Shown: positions 28,966-39,480, counted from the first letter of the stretch. The stretch is DNA of 64,000 nucleotides from an uncultured archaeon (GCA_963817525.1 CAWFOU010000001.1:928001-992000); one strand, 5' to 3'. Translations and numbers: made by a program. Notes: generated from the letters alone by a model not told the origin.

Positions 28966-30018
28966 GTGGTAGAGAAATCGGCGGAGAGGGCTGCCAGGGA
29001 CAGCAAGGCGAAGAGATACCTGAGATACCCGGAGAAGGCGATAGAGGTGGGGCCCAAGAGCGTGTCGCAGCTCCTGGACGCGATGAGCGAGACCGGCTTC
29101 CAGGGCAAGAGGCTCGGGGAGGCGGCGAGGATCTGGTCGGAGATGACCCAGGCGAAGGGCCTAACGATATTCATGGGCTACGCGGGCTCGATGAGCACGA
29201 CGGGCCAGTGGAAGATCGTGAGGTGGCTCATAGAGAACAGGTACATCGACGTCCTCGTGAGCACGGGCGCGAACGTCTCGGAGGACATCTTCGAGGCGAT
29301 GGGGCACAAGTACTACCAGGGGACCTGGATGGCGAACGACGAGGACCTGCTCGACGCCAAGATAGACAGGTTCTACGACATCTACGCGGACGAGTACGAC
29401 TACCGCGAGCTGGAGAGCCTCATCAAGGAGTTCGCCGCGACCCTCGACCCCAAGAGGCCATACTCGACGAGGGAGTTCCTGAACAGGTTCGGCGAGTACC
29501 AGTGGAACAAGGGCATCAAGAGCATCACAGCGACGGCGTGGAAGCACAACGTCCCCATCTACTCGCCAGGCCTCATCGACAGCGGGTACGGGGTGGCGCT
29601 GAGCCTCCTGAAGCGCGAGGGCAAGCTCATCAGGCTGGACCAGACTCAGGACATGGAGGAGCTCGGCCAGATAGCGGAGAGGACGAAGAAGACGGGTGTG
29701 GTCTACATAGGGGGCGGTGTGCCCAAGGACACCATCCAGCTCGCGACGATAATCAAGTCCCTCGCCGAGGGAGGCGAGGACGAGACACCGCACGACTATG
29801 CGATCCAGATCACCACCGACTCGCCGCAGTGGGGAGGGCTCTCCGGATGCACCCTGGAGGAGGCCATCAGCTGGGGGAAGATCGCGGCCGACTCGAAGAG
29901 GAGCGTGGTCTACTGCGACGCGACGCTGGCCCTCCCGCTCATCGCTCACGCCATGAACGAGAAGGTGAGGAAGAGGGCGGACCCTCCCGACCTAAAGTGG
30001 GTCTTCAAGAACAAGTGA
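28966..30018 (+). CDS. dys: Deoxyhypusine synthase
   Basis: TGFQG, STGAN, GGGVPK, GGLSGCTLEEAISWGK, CDATLALP; start uncertain. Confidence 0.9.
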   Translation: MVEKSAERAARDSKAKRYLRYPEKAIEVGPKSVSQLLDAMSETGFQGKRLGEAARIWSEMTQAKGLTIFMGYAGSMSTTGQWKIVRWLIENRYIDVLVSTGANVSEDIFEAMGHKYYQGTWMANDEDLLDAKIDRFYDIYADEYDYRELESLIKEFAATLDPKRPYSTREFLNRFGEYQWNKGIKSITATAWKHNVPIYSPGLIDSGYGVALSLLKREGKLIRLDQTQDMEELGQIAERTKKTGVVYIGGGVPKDTIQLATIIKSLAEGGEDETPHDYAIQITTDSPQWGGLSGCTLEEAISWGKIAADSKRSVVYCDATLALPLIAHAMNEKVRKRADPPDLKWVFKNK

Positions 30019-30031
30019 GCGCGGGCCACCG

Positions 30032-31684
30032 CTAGTAGCTCCCGAGCACGAGGCTGCCGTAGCCCGTGGAGTTCCTGATCAGCGCGAGGTAGCTCGTGGA
30101 GTTCAGGACGAGGAAGGATGGCTGGACCATTTGGGTCTCGAGGGGCTTTGAGCTCGAGAGGGAGTAGAAGGTGTCAGGTGAAAAGTCGATGCTCTTCTCC
30201 AGGTTCATCGAGGGGCCGTAGACGTTCACCTGGCTGCTAGAGACCGCGAAGAGGGAGCCGTCATCCCAGAGTAGGGTGGAGGCGGGGATGTCGACGTTGT
30301 AGAAGGTGCCAGACCCCGCTCCCGAGGAGCTCAGTACCTCTACCTCGTCGGAGGAGGGGATTGCGAGGAATAGGTTTGACCCGTCGGTCGCCACGCTCGT
30401 GTAGCCGCTCGAGTCGAGCGTCCCGCTCCTCAGGACCGCGCCGCTGGACGAGGAGAGGACGACGAGGAAGGGGTTGGCGCCGTAGTACGGACCACCGTAA
30501 TAGGTGGGCTGTGTCCAGTAGGTCTGCGAGAATATGGAGGCAACGATGCCAGAGCCCGCCGTGGACGCGACGAGCTCGTTGGGGTACTCGTCGCAGGTGT
30601 TCAGGTAGACCGTGTCGAACCAGGCCTGCTGGACTCCCTGCGCGGTGGTCGAGTACGCGTAGATGGTGACGGAGTTGCCGTGGGGGTTGGTGCATCCGAA
30701 CCCGCCCGGGTTGGTCCCGGCCTCGTAGAGATAAAAGTCGCTCGCGTCGGAGGTCTCGAGGTTGTAGGTGTCCGCGGCTATCGTCGTCGGGGACGGCCCG
30801 CTCGAGGACATCAACCAGCCGTCGTAGTAGGCGTAGAGAGCGTCGGTCCCCTTCTGCACCGGCTGCGAGCCGACTGGGTAGGGGGGCTGGCCGTTGTTCG
30901 GGAACTGGACCTCCACCGTGGTGTACAGCCTCAGAAGCCTCATGGTGTAAGACGTGCCCGGAGTCCCGGCCGAGCTGACCCTGAACAGGGTGGAGGTGAA
31001 CTGGTCGCCGTAGTATCCGTCCGAGATGTACGCGCTCCCGTCGGAGAGCGGGAGGACTGCCGTTATCTCCCCCTCCCCCGCGTCGAACGACCAGAGCTGG
31101 GCACCCGTCCCGGTGGAGAAGGCGAAGGCGGACGGCCCCTCGGCCATGAAGAAGTGGGCGGGGTCGCTCGGGTTCTGGTAGAGCTGCGCGTCCACGTCGG
31201 GCCCGCCCACCGCGGCCTCCAGCGTCTTCCAGTCGCCGCCGGGGGGCAAGGACCCCGAGGGGGAGGTCGCGAAGACGTTCCCGAGGCTCGTCACCACGGC
31301 GACTGAGGTAGGTAAGGAGGTCCCGGAGCCCGCCTCGACGACCAAGGAGGCCCCCACGGCGAGCGAGTCCTGCAACGGGAGCTCCTTGGAAACGGTGGAG
31401 TTCTGGAGCAGGAGGAACGAGAGGTCAGAGGGTATCAGGCCGTCGTTGGTGATCGTGACGTTCCCCCCGCGTGACATCCCGACCTGGAGCCGCTCGAGGG
31501 AACGCAGTTGGGCCACTTGACCGGCTTGCTGGCTCGCCGCGTCGGCGCTCTGTCCGGAGGAGAGGGCGCTGGAGATCGACTGGAGGCTGGCTATCACCAG
31601 GAGATAGATCATGATGAAGCCGTAGACGGAGCTGAGCCCAGCCCTGCCCCTCCTCGAGGTCCGGCGCGGACGCTTGACCTTCAC
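30032..31684 (-). CDS. Surface protein with class III (pilin-like) signal peptide and beta-propeller-like region
   Basis: RRGRAG|LSSVYGFIMIYLLV; S/T/G/Y-rich; TGAQLWSF PQQ-like repeat. Confidence 0.65.
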   Translation of the reverse strand: MKVKRPRRTSRRGRAGLSSVYGFIMIYLLVIASLQSISSALSSGQSADAASQQAGQVAQLRSLERLQVGMSRGGNVTITNDGLIPSDLSFLLLQNSTVSKELPLQDSLAVGASLVVEAGSGTSLPTSVAVVTSLGNVFATSPSGSLPPGGDWKTLEAAVGGPDVDAQLYQNPSDPAHFFMAEGPSAFAFSTGTGAQLWSFDAGEGEITAVLPLSDGSAYISDGYYGDQFTSTLFRVSSAGTPGTSYTMRLLRLYTTVEVQFPNNGQPPYPVGSQPVQKGTDALYAYYDGWLMSSSGPSPTTIAADTYNLETSDASDFYLYEAGTNPGGFGCTNPHGNSVTIYAYSTTAQGVQQAWFDTVYLNTCDEYPNELVASTAGSGIVASIFSQTYWTQPTYYGGPYYGANPFLVVLSSSSGAVLRSGTLDSSGYTSVATDGSNLFLAIPSSDEVEVLSSSGAGSGTFYNVDIPASTLLWDDGSLFAVSSSQVNVYGPSMNLEKSIDFSPDTFYSLSSSKPLETQMVQPSFLVLNSTSYLALIRNSTGYGSLVLGSY

Positions 31685-31772
31685 GGTGATTGAGTGGGGC
31701 GCGCTATTTAGCCGGCCACGTCGGCCGCTCCGCCAAAGGATTTATCCCGGCCCGCGGCGGGCCGGGCAAGAG

Positions 31773-32219
31773 ATGCACTACGACGGCTCCTTCGTGGTAC
31801 CAGTCACGAAGCAGAAGGTCTACGACTTTGTGATGGACCCGGCAAAGATCACGTCGATTTTCCCCGACGTCCAGGACCTCAAGGTGATCGACGAGAGCAA
31901 CTTCACGCTCAAAGCCAAGGTGGGCATCTCCTTCATCAGGGGGATGATGGACGTGAAGATGACAATCGTGGAGCGCACCCCGCCGAGCTTCGCGCGGATG
32001 AAGGCCAAGGGGAACGGGATCAGCAGCTCGGTGGAACTGGACAACACCTTCAACATCGAGGACGCGCCCGGAGGCTCGGGCACGTTGGTGAAGTGGGCCG
32101 CCGACGCGAAGATAGCGGGCCTCATGGCAAGCGTCGGCTCGAGGCTCATAGACGCGGCCGCGCAGAAATACGTCGGCGAGATAATCGGGTCCTTGAAAGA
32201 GAAGCTCTCTTCTTCCTAG
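31773..32219 (+). CDS. coxG: CoxG / SRPBCC family protein
   Basis: VYDFVMDP...IFP, IAGLMASVGSRLIDAAA. Confidence 0.85.
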   Translation: MHYDGSFVVPVTKQKVYDFVMDPAKITSIFPDVQDLKVIDESNFTLKAKVGISFIRGMMDVKMTIVERTPPSFARMKAKGNGISSSVELDNTFNIEDAPGGSGTLVKWAADAKIAGLMASVGSRLIDAAAQKYVGEIIGSLKEKLSSS

Positions 32220-34585
32220 CTGCTCTCGTCCATCAGGCCCCTTAGGTAGCTCGGCGAGGCCGGCATCCTGTCCACCACCACGTGGAGGCTCGACAGGGCG
32301 TCCTCGACCGCGTTGATCACTGCCGGCGTGGCGGCGATCGCCCCGGCCTCCCCGATGCCCTTCACCCCCAGCAGGTTGGAGTCGGTCGGCGTCTCGGTCG
32401 TGCCCCAGACTATGGTCGGGAGCATGTCGGCCGAGGGTATGAGGTAGTCGGCGAGGGTCGTTGACAGCGGCTGCCCGTCCTCGTCGGTGACCACGTCCTC
32501 GATGAGCGCCTGCCCTATCCCCTGTACGACGCCCCCGTGGACCTGGCCTTCGACCACGAGGGGGTTCAGTATCTTGCCGCAGTCGTCGGCAGCGAAGTAC
32601 TTTAGGATCTTTGCCGCGCCTGACTCCCTGTCTACCTCCACCAGGACGATGTGGTTCCCGAAGGGGTAGGCGTTGCTCTTTGGGGCGTAGGCGGTGTGCG
32701 CGAACAGGGTCGGCTCCATCCCTGGGGGGAGCTCCCCGGTGTCGTAGGCGAGGGCCGCCACCTCTGAGAACTTCAGTCTCCTGGAGGGCTGCTCCTCCAG
32801 ATAGACGTAGCCCTTGCTGAAGACGGTCTTCGCCGAAGGCCTCGCACCGAGCTTGCGAGCCGCCACGACCGACATCTTCTCCCTTAGCTTCCTCGCGCAT
32901 AGCAACGCCGCGCTCCCGGAGAGGGCCGCCGACCTGCTCCCCGCCGTGAGGGTCCCCCACGGCAGCGCCGCCGTGTCCCCGTCGCGGACGGTGACGTCCT
33001 CCATCGGGACGCCGAGCTCGTCGGCGACGACCTGCGAGAAGGTGGTCGCGTGGCCTTGGCCGTGGGAGTGCCCCCCGAGGCTCAGGAGGAGGCGCCCCTC
33101 CTCGCTCACGGAGAGGGAGGCCGTCTGGGGCCAAGTCGGGCCGAACGAGCAGACCTCGACCCACGTCGCGATGCCGATGCCCACGAGCCTGCCGTCCTCC
33201 CTCGCGCGCCTCCGCTCCGCGAGGAGGGCCGAGTAGTCCGCGAGCTCCAAGGCCTTCTTGAGGTTCGAGTGGTAGTCCCCCGAGTCGTAGACGTAGCCGC
33301 CCGCCGTCTTGAACGGAAAGCGCTCCTTCTTGATGTAGTTGAGCTGCCTGACCTTGATGGGGTCCAGCCTCAGCCTCGCCGACGCGATGCTCACGGCCCT
33401 CTCTATGAGGTACGTGGCCTCCGGCCGCCCCGCACCTCGGTACGCCCCCAGGGGGACCTTGTTGGTCATCACCACTTCGGCTGAGGCCTCGTAGTTCGGG
33501 ACGTCGTAGACGCCCGTGCCCATCTTCAGGGTCAGTTCGGCCTGCGAGCTTTCAGCCCCGTATGCGCCGGAGTCGACGATTAGCCTGACCTTGAGCCCCC
33601 GTATGCGACCGTCCCGGGACATCGCGAGGTCCACGAACTGCACCTGCCCCCGCCCGTGCTTCATGGTGAGGAGGTTCTCCCGCCGGCTCTCGACCCACTT
33701 CACCGGCCTGCGGAGGGTGCGCGCGGCGAAGCAGACGGCAATGTCCTCGGGGAAGATACCGATCTTGCCCCCGAACGCGCCCCCGACGTCGGGCGCGACG
33801 ACCCTCACGTCCTCGGGGTTCATCGAGAGGAGCTTCGCGAGCTCGTCCCTGGCGCCGTGTGGGTCCTGCGTAGAGAGGTGGACCATGAGGCCTCCTGCCT
33901 CGTCGAACCTGGCCACGACGCCCCTGGGCTCCATCGGCGTGGGGCTTAGGCGCTGGTTGTAGAGCTTCACCTTCACCACCTCGTCGGCGCGCGCGAACGC
34001 CTTCTCTGGGTCTCCGGCGGCGAACGACATCTTGGCGCCCACGTTGCTTTTCAGGCCCTCGTGCACCCTTGGCGAGCCCTGCTTGAGCGCCTCCTCAGGG
34101 TCGATGACGGCGGGGAGCGCGTCGTACTCGACGGAGACCAGCTCCGCACCGTCCTCGGCGGCGTAGGCGTCCTCAGCGAGGACCACGGCCACGGGTTCGC
34201 CGACGAAGCTCGTTGTCTCCAGCGCGAGCGCCCTCTGGACGACGCTGGGGGCGCTGCTGCGCGACCCCTCCGCCAATTCGCCCTCCCCTCCCCCTCCCGC
34301 GAGCGGCTTGACTTTGCCCTCGAGGTCCGCCGCGGTGTAGACGGCGACCACCCCTGGCGAGGCCGCCGCTTCCGAGGCCTCGACCTTCACGACCCTCGCG
34401 TGGGGGTGGGGGCTCCTAACGAAAGCGGCGTGCAGGGTCCCGGCGAGGCGCACGTCGTCCAGGTAGTTCGCAGTGCCGGTGAGGAACTTCCTGTCCTCGA
34501 CCCTCCTGATGGGCTGCCCTACGAGGAGGCGAGGCTTCGTGATGACGCGGGTCGCCGCGCGCTGGCCCCGTGGCCGCTTTGACAC
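32216..34585 (-). CDS. Xanthine dehydrogenase family Mo-binding large subunit (CoxL form II-like)
   Basis: RVEDRKFLTG, VRSPHPHA, DVGGAFGGK, AYRGAGRPE, GQVHGG, KGIGEAG. Confidence 0.9.
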   Translation of the reverse strand: MSKRPRGQRAATRVITKPRLLVGQPIRRVEDRKFLTGTANYLDDVRLAGTLHAAFVRSPHPHARVVKVEASEAAASPGVVAVYTAADLEGKVKPLAGGGGEGELAEGSRSSAPSVVQRALALETTSFVGEPVAVVLAEDAYAAEDGAELVSVEYDALPAVIDPEEALKQGSPRVHEGLKSNVGAKMSFAAGDPEKAFARADEVVKVKLYNQRLSPTPMEPRGVVARFDEAGGLMVHLSTQDPHGARDELAKLLSMNPEDVRVVAPDVGGAFGGKIGIFPEDIAVCFAARTLRRPVKWVESRRENLLTMKHGRGQVQFVDLAMSRDGRIRGLKVRLIVDSGAYGAESSQAELTLKMGTGVYDVPNYEASAEVVMTNKVPLGAYRGAGRPEATYLIERAVSIASARLRLDPIKVRQLNYIKKERFPFKTAGGYVYDSGDYHSNLKKALELADYSALLAERRRAREDGRLVGIGIATWVEVCSFGPTWPQTASLSVSEEGRLLLSLGGHSHGQGHATTFSQVVADELGVPMEDVTVRDGDTAALPWGTLTAGSRSAALSGSAALLCARKLREKMSVVAARKLGARPSAKTVFSKGYVYLEEQPSRRLKFSEVAALAYDTGELPPGMEPTLFAHTAYAPKSNAYPFGNHIVLVEVDRESGAAKILKYFAADDCGKILNPLVVEGQVHGGVVQGIGQALIEDVVTDEDGQPLSTTLADYLIPSADMLPTIVWGTTETPTDSNLLGVKGIGEAGAIAATPAVINAVEDALSSLHVVVDRMPASPSYLRGLMDESS

Positions 34586-34633
34586 GAGGGGACGAGGTCT
34601 AGGGACGGTTAAGAAAGTTTGCCCGGGAGGAGG

Positions 34634-35866
34634 CTAGCGCGCCGCCCGCTGGTGGGTCGCGGTCCTCTGCTCGCCCATCGACACTATGCTGACGCTCACC
34701 TTCATCTCCTCCTCGAGGTACTCCACGAACTTCTCCATAGGCCTGTGGAGCCGAGCGGTGGTGAGCTCCGCGCCGTAGAGCGGGGGCAGGTCGAGGTAGA
34801 CGGGCTTGACCCGGTCGAGCTCCGGGAGCGCCCTGGAGAACTGGTCGGTCTCGGTCCCGTCCACGTCGTAGTGGGTGCACACCTTGAACTCCTTCAGCTT
34901 GGTCAGGATGTCGAGCTTGGTGAGGGCGAGGGTAGAGACGCCGTTCATCTTCACCGCGTACTTTAGGGCGACGAGGTCGAGCCAGCCCACCCTCCTCGGC
35001 CTCCCGGTGGTGGCGCCGTACTCCCTCCCCGTCTCCCTGATGAGCATCTCGACCTTGCCGTGGATCTCCGTGGGGAACGGCCCTTCACCTACGCGGGTCG
35101 CGTACGCCTTGGCGACCCCCATCACGTCGCCGAGCGAGGTGGCGGGGATCCCGAGGCTGGCGGGGACGTAGCTCGCCAGTGTGTGGGTGCCCGTGACGTA
35201 GGGGTAGGTCCCGTGTATGAGGTCCAGGAGGACTCCCTGCGCGCCCTCGAAGAGGACCGCGTGGCCCGCCTCGTTCGTCTCCATTATCTCCTCGCCCACG
35301 TCACCGACGAGCCCTCTGAGGGAGGCCCTTGCGGACTCGGTCCATCCCTCCAGGGGCGGGAGCTTCTTCATGAACGTCTTGTAGAACGCAAGCGCGGAGC
35401 TCAGGTCGAAGGTGCCCCTCTCGAGGTCCCCCGCCCTGGGCGTGAGGCGTAGCGCTCTCATCGCGTACGACGGGCCGATGCCCCTCTTGGTCGTGCCGAT
35501 CGCCTTCTTCCCCCTCAGCTCCTCGATGAACGCGTCCATCTCCTTCTCGAGGGGGGTGACGATCGTGCACCTCCCGTCGACGGCGAGGTCGGCCTTGTGC
35601 CCCTCCCGCTTTATCATCTCCACCTCCTCCTTGAGGGTCTGCGGGTCGACGGCCACCCCGGGCCCGATGAGGAGCCGCTTGCCCTTGAGGAGTCCCGAGG
35701 GGAGGAGGTGGAAGACGTAGGACTTCTTTCCAATCACTATGGTGTGCCCGGCGTTGCTCCCGCCGTTGTAGCGGACGACGGAGTGGAACTTGTCAGCGTA
35801 GTAGTCTACTATCTTCCCCTTGCCTTCGTCCCCCCACTGGAGGCCCACGATGCAAAGGTTCCGCAA
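34634..35866 (-). CDS. purA: Adenylosuccinate synthetase
   Basis: GLQWGDEGKGK, GGSNAGHT, EGAQG, GATTGRPRRVGWLD. Confidence 0.97.
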   Translation of the reverse strand: MRNLCIVGLQWGDEGKGKIVDYYADKFHSVVRYNGGSNAGHTIVIGKKSYVFHLLPSGLLKGKRLLIGPGVAVDPQTLKEEVEMIKREGHKADLAVDGRCTIVTPLEKEMDAFIEELRGKKAIGTTKRGIGPSYAMRALRLTPRAGDLERGTFDLSSALAFYKTFMKKLPPLEGWTESARASLRGLVGDVGEEIMETNEAGHAVLFEGAQGVLLDLIHGTYPYVTGTHTLASYVPASLGIPATSLGDVMGVAKAYATRVGEGPFPTEIHGKVEMLIRETGREYGATTGRPRRVGWLDLVALKYAVKMNGVSTLALTKLDILTKLKEFKVCTHYDVDGTETDQFSRALPELDRVKPVYLDLPPLYGAELTTARLHRPMEKFVEYLEEEMKVSVSIVSMGEQRTATHQRAAR

Positions 35867-36109
35867 ACCGCGCCATCTTCGCCGAGGCGCATTTAACTCT
35901 ATTCGAGCAAAAGTGATTGGCGCCGGCAACGCGCGCCAGTTGAATAAGCGAGGCGCCTTCCCCAATCTTGGCCTGATACAGACTGATTCCCAACCTTGGT
36001 GTTGCTCATATCCGCCCCTTTGAAAAAAAGAGACTTAGACGAAGCGGGCAAAGCAAAGAGGGAAACAATAAAGCGGAAAGCCATCTTCTTCAGAATCAGG
36101 AGAGCCGAT

Positions 36110-36739
36110 ATGCGGAGTGTAGGAGGGAAGCGTCGAGGCAGAGATGGCTTACTCGTCACTCTGGGCGCGGCCCTTGCGCTCATCATCTTGCTGGTCCTGC
36201 AGTCGGTCATCGGCATCGGTCTTCCCAGCACGAGAACCGTGACCCTGACTGTCACGACTTCGGATGCCTACACAGTGCAGGTCGCCAACGCATACGCAGC
36301 TCACGTTGCGGAGATGAGCGGCAGAGACATCAGCGCATTAGCAGGCGGTTACGAGGGCAACGCGACAATAGAGTGGGTTGGGAACGCGGGGGGGCTCAGA
36401 GGGAACTACAGCGGGGCGCAAAATATCAAAATCCTGTGGGGCGGCACCATAGGCAAGTTCAAGAATTTCTCGGTGTCGAGTGAACATGAATCCATAGGAG
36501 TCAGCAAGGGCGATGTCTACGTGGTCAATTCTACGCTTGACTTTCAAGGGTGGGAATACTGCGGCATCTCATTCAACCCGGCACTGGTGGGCAACGCGAA
36601 CGGGTCTGTAATCGCTCAGGACGTCTACGAGCAAGTCTCCAACAGCTCTTCATCATCATGGCTCATCACGAGAGAGACGTGGAACTTCACCCAAGTAAAC
36701 GAACCGACGTACGGTTGCATTCCTTTTCCCTCCCCCTAG
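36110..36739 (+). CDS. Membrane-anchored extracellular protein, possibly NTF2/SnoaL-like
   Basis: N-terminal TM, T-rich linker, ...WLITRETWNF; lower GC. Confidence 0.55.
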   Translation: MRSVGGKRRGRDGLLVTLGAALALIILLVLQSVIGIGLPSTRTVTLTVTTSDAYTVQVANAYAAHVAEMSGRDISALAGGYEGNATIEWVGNAGGLRGNYSGAQNIKILWGGTIGKFKNFSVSSEHESIGVSKGDVYVVNSTLDFQGWEYCGISFNPALVGNANGSVIAQDVYEQVSNSSSSSWLITRETWNFTQVNEPTYGCIPFPSP

Positions 36740-36971
36740 CTACCTCCCTGCCCTCTCCGTCGAGAACCATGCGAGGCCTCCTAACGAACACGAATAAACC
36801 TGAAAGCCGACGTGGCCGCCGGGACGAAGCAGAGAGGGGTTAATCCAGTGAGAAAACCGGTGCAAAATTCAATATGGTTGGACCTGGTGGATATCCTCCC
36901 CTGACAACGGCGAGATTTTGAAGGCGGACATGGCTATATTCCCTTCCCTGCGGCGCCAGCGATAGGGGAGA

Positions 36972-37028
36972 GGCGCCGGCGACGAGATTTGAACTCGCAA
37001 GCCCTTTCGAGCGGCAGCTTTCCAGGCT
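36972..37028 (+). repeat. att site (copy of the tRNA-Ser 3' part)
   Basis: GGCGCCGGCGACGAGATTTGAACTCGCAAGCCCTTTCGAGCGGCAGCTTTCCAGGCT, identical to 48017-48073. Confidence 0.95.
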
Positions 37029-37924
37029 CTGTTAGCCCAGTTGGAGACCCCATCGACTGGGCGGCCTTCAAACAGTGGCTAGACGCTCAATACTCACCCA
37101 AACACGCGAGGCAAGTCTTCTCCCGCGCCGTCACCTACCACGAGGCCGCCACGGATGCAGCGAAGGCGGCTCAGCTGAAGGCGCTGTCCAAAGACAAGAG
37201 GCGGCTGATCATGGAAGGCTTAGCGGCTTATGCCAAGTTCAGCGGCACCTACGAGATATGGCAGAGCGTACGAAGGCAAGCCGGCTTGAAGTGGGGGCAG
37301 AGCGACCCTCTGAAGGTCATAAACGCCCTCGTAAGCGGAGAGGCGACCCACGCTCTCGAATGGCTGAACGAGGTAGCGGCAAGATTGCCCGTTCCCTATC
37401 GCGTCGTGCTGGTATTCGCCGCGCTAACCGGTCTAAGACCCACCGAGGCAGCGAACTCCTGCGCCCTAATCTATGAGCTATCCTCAAAGGGACAGCTAGC
37501 GGACTACTATGACGCAGACCTCAAGATGCTCCAGCACTTCAAGTACCCTAAGGTCTTCTTGCGCCGCACGAAGAACGCATACATCACCTTCGTCGGCCCG
37601 CGACTGATTGAGGCAGTGGCATCGATGGAGCCTGTCGCATTTAGCACGGTGTCAAAGGCGATTAGGTCGCATCTTGGCATGCAGGTGCAGGCGAAGAACT
37701 TGCGCAAGCATTATGCGACGTTTCTACGCAAGTACCTGGAGCAAGAGATGATAGATTTGGTACAAGGACGCGTGGGCTCGAGCGTCTTCGCCAAGCACTA
37801 CTATAGGCCCCTGATTATGGAGTTACGTGACCGGGTCCTTACCGCACTCAAGCCGCTGGAAGACGACCTAGTGCCGCTTCTGGCGATAGAACCTTCAAGA
37901 ATTGAAGGAAGCATTCAACCCTAG
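36989..37924 (+). CDS. int: SSV1-type tyrosine integrase, C-terminal fragment (intC)
   Basis: TGLRPTE, RTKNA, KNLRK, QGR and KHYY catalytic motifs; frame begins inside the att repeat. Confidence 0.9.
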   Translation: MNSQALSSGSFPGSVSPVGDPIDWAAFKQWLDAQYSPKHARQVFSRAVTYHEAATDAAKAAQLKALSKDKRRLIMEGLAAYAKFSGTYEIWQSVRRQAGLKWGQSDPLKVINALVSGEATHALEWLNEVAARLPVPYRVVLVFAALTGLRPTEAANSCALIYELSSKGQLADYYDADLKMLQHFKYPKVFLRRTKNAYITFVGPRLIEAVASMEPVAFSTVSKAIRSHLGMQVQAKNLRKHYATFLRKYLEQEMIDLVQGRVGSSVFAKHYYRPLIMELRDRVLTALKPLEDDLVPLLAIEPSRIEGSIQP

Positions 37925-37970
37925 CACCGAGAACAGGGCTTCTCTCGGTAAGTGTTGCTCACGAGGGCTG

Positions 37971-38618
37971 TTAGGAATGCAGCTGAAGCCTGCTTTCAAG
38001 TTCTTGAAGTGCCGCGTGCATCGCCTCAGTGGCGGTAGGGCCGCTTGCACGGAAGGAGCCGATATCATGTGGACCACAATTTACTCCTACTACGTAGATG
38101 TGCCCTTGGCTTCGTTCCTCAGCTTCCAACCATTCTTCATGATTTGAATAGTTGTTCAACTCAATGGAAATGTCATCGTCCTCAAGAACCGTGACGTATC
38201 CTCCGGGCTGGACTTCACTCTCTTTTGCATAAGCTAACATCCTCCTCCTGATCTTGTTAAGCCACATCGTTTCTATGTCATCCTTGATTTTTTGCGCTGC
38301 GGCTTCAGCAGTGAAGTCAGGTGGTGCAAGTTCCCAAACTCGCTCGCGTACAGGCACAGAGTACTTCTTCCCAGACGTCCCTGTCCATTTTATGTCATCA
38401 CCTCTCAGCAAGCTGCCAATGACAAGGCCTCTTTTCTCCAGACTATGCAATGAACGAAGCAATGTCTGCCTAGCATCCAAACCATAGTCATAGCTACCAC
38501 GACGCCGCCTTACCTTCTCGGCGAGGACAGCTTCTGCAATCTCTTGCGTTGTGGATAGTGGCACGGCTCGAAGGTAACCCAAAACAGCGTTCTGCTGTTT
38601 GCTAAGCCCTCGGCTCAT
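37971..38618 (-). CDS. Winged-helix hypothetical protein
   Basis: LSKQQNAVLGYL...STTQEIAEAV...RSLHSLEKRGLV. Confidence 0.6.
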   Translation of the reverse strand: MSRGLSKQQNAVLGYLRAVPLSTTQEIAEAVLAEKVRRRRGSYDYGLDARQTLLRSLHSLEKRGLVIGSLLRGDDIKWTGTSGKKYSVPVRERVWELAPPDFTAEAAAQKIKDDIETMWLNKIRRRMLAYAKESEVQPGGYVTVLEDDDISIELNNYSNHEEWLEAEERSQGHIYVVGVNCGPHDIGSFRASGPTATEAMHAALQELESRLQLHS

Positions 38619-38672
38619 AGTAGCATCTCCAGGTATTGCTGCTGAGCAACACTTACTCGTCCGGCACGTCCT

Positions 38673-39413
38673 CTACGAGCTGATGAGTTCATCTTCGAGC
38701 CTTCTGAGAGCTTGGGTGGCTGCTTCCCGTGCGCTCGAACCACCTACCATGATGGTGGTTGACCTCAGCACGCCGGGAATCTCGCTTCCGATCCAAACAA
38801 CGTATCTGAATCCCTTTGTCTGCTCGCTCAAATCCGGCAATAGTTCGCCGTTTGGCAACTTTCCTATTTGGAGGGTGAGAATGCGGCCCTCATAGATGGT
38901 AACTTGCTGACCTGGCGCAAGCGGACGTCCTTCTGCAAGACTCAGACATTGTTGCCTGACGTCTTCGAAGAGCCTTCGTTCAAGACTACTTTTCCTAACC
39001 TGAGCCTTGTGGGAAGGTTCCTCGGTCGCCGGCTTTTGAGGAGACTCATCAGAATGACCTCGCTTTCCAATTTGACCGTCGGGCCTTGGTGTTTCGCTTA
39101 AGCTGCTGTCATCCGCAAGAGCTGACTTTTTGGGTGACCAGCGGTGCCTTGCAGTTCTGAAGGGAGGTTTTGGAGAGGTCCTCTTTACAACGTGTTCTCC
39201 TCTGCCCTGGTCTCGAGTGTATCGCGCCCAAGTATCTCTGCTTGCCTGCTTGGCATTTCTTCGAGACCTGTGGAACTTTGCCTCGAGCCCCCGTATTTCT
39301 TCCTCAGTGAGGTCTGAGGTCCTGGCGTTCCTAGATTGGAAGATTTTCGCAATCGTCCAACTCATCCTTCCGACCATGAACTTGTATTTGCCTGGCCCTA
39401 TGATTTCATACAT
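38673..39413 (-). CDS. Hypothetical protein (basic, partly disordered)
   Basis: 246-aa ORF in a co-oriented gene run; no recognisable motif. Confidence 0.5.
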   Translation of the reverse strand: MYEIIGPGKYKFMVGRMSWTIAKIFQSRNARTSDLTEEEIRGLEAKFHRSRRNAKQASRDTWARYTRDQGRGEHVVKRTSPKPPFRTARHRWSPKKSALADDSSLSETPRPDGQIGKRGHSDESPQKPATEEPSHKAQVRKSSLERRLFEDVRQQCLSLAEGRPLAPGQQVTIYEGRILTLQIGKLPNGELLPDLSEQTKGFRYVVWIGSEIPGVLRSTTIMVGGSSAREAATQALRRLEDELISS

Positions 39414-39480
39414 TTGTCATCAATAGTATATTTCGGCCAGGATGATACGCTAGATTTCGCCTTATTCTGAGGCTCGAAGC

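Noticed and set aside
32216-34585. Bona fide aerobic CO dehydrogenase
   Set aside because: The active-site loop is AYRGAGR rather than AYxCSFR, and no coxM/coxS genes are adjacent
36905-36925. CGGCGAGATTTTGAA, resembling a degenerate extra att site
   Set aside because: Short and mismatched; cannot be distinguished from chance without comparative data
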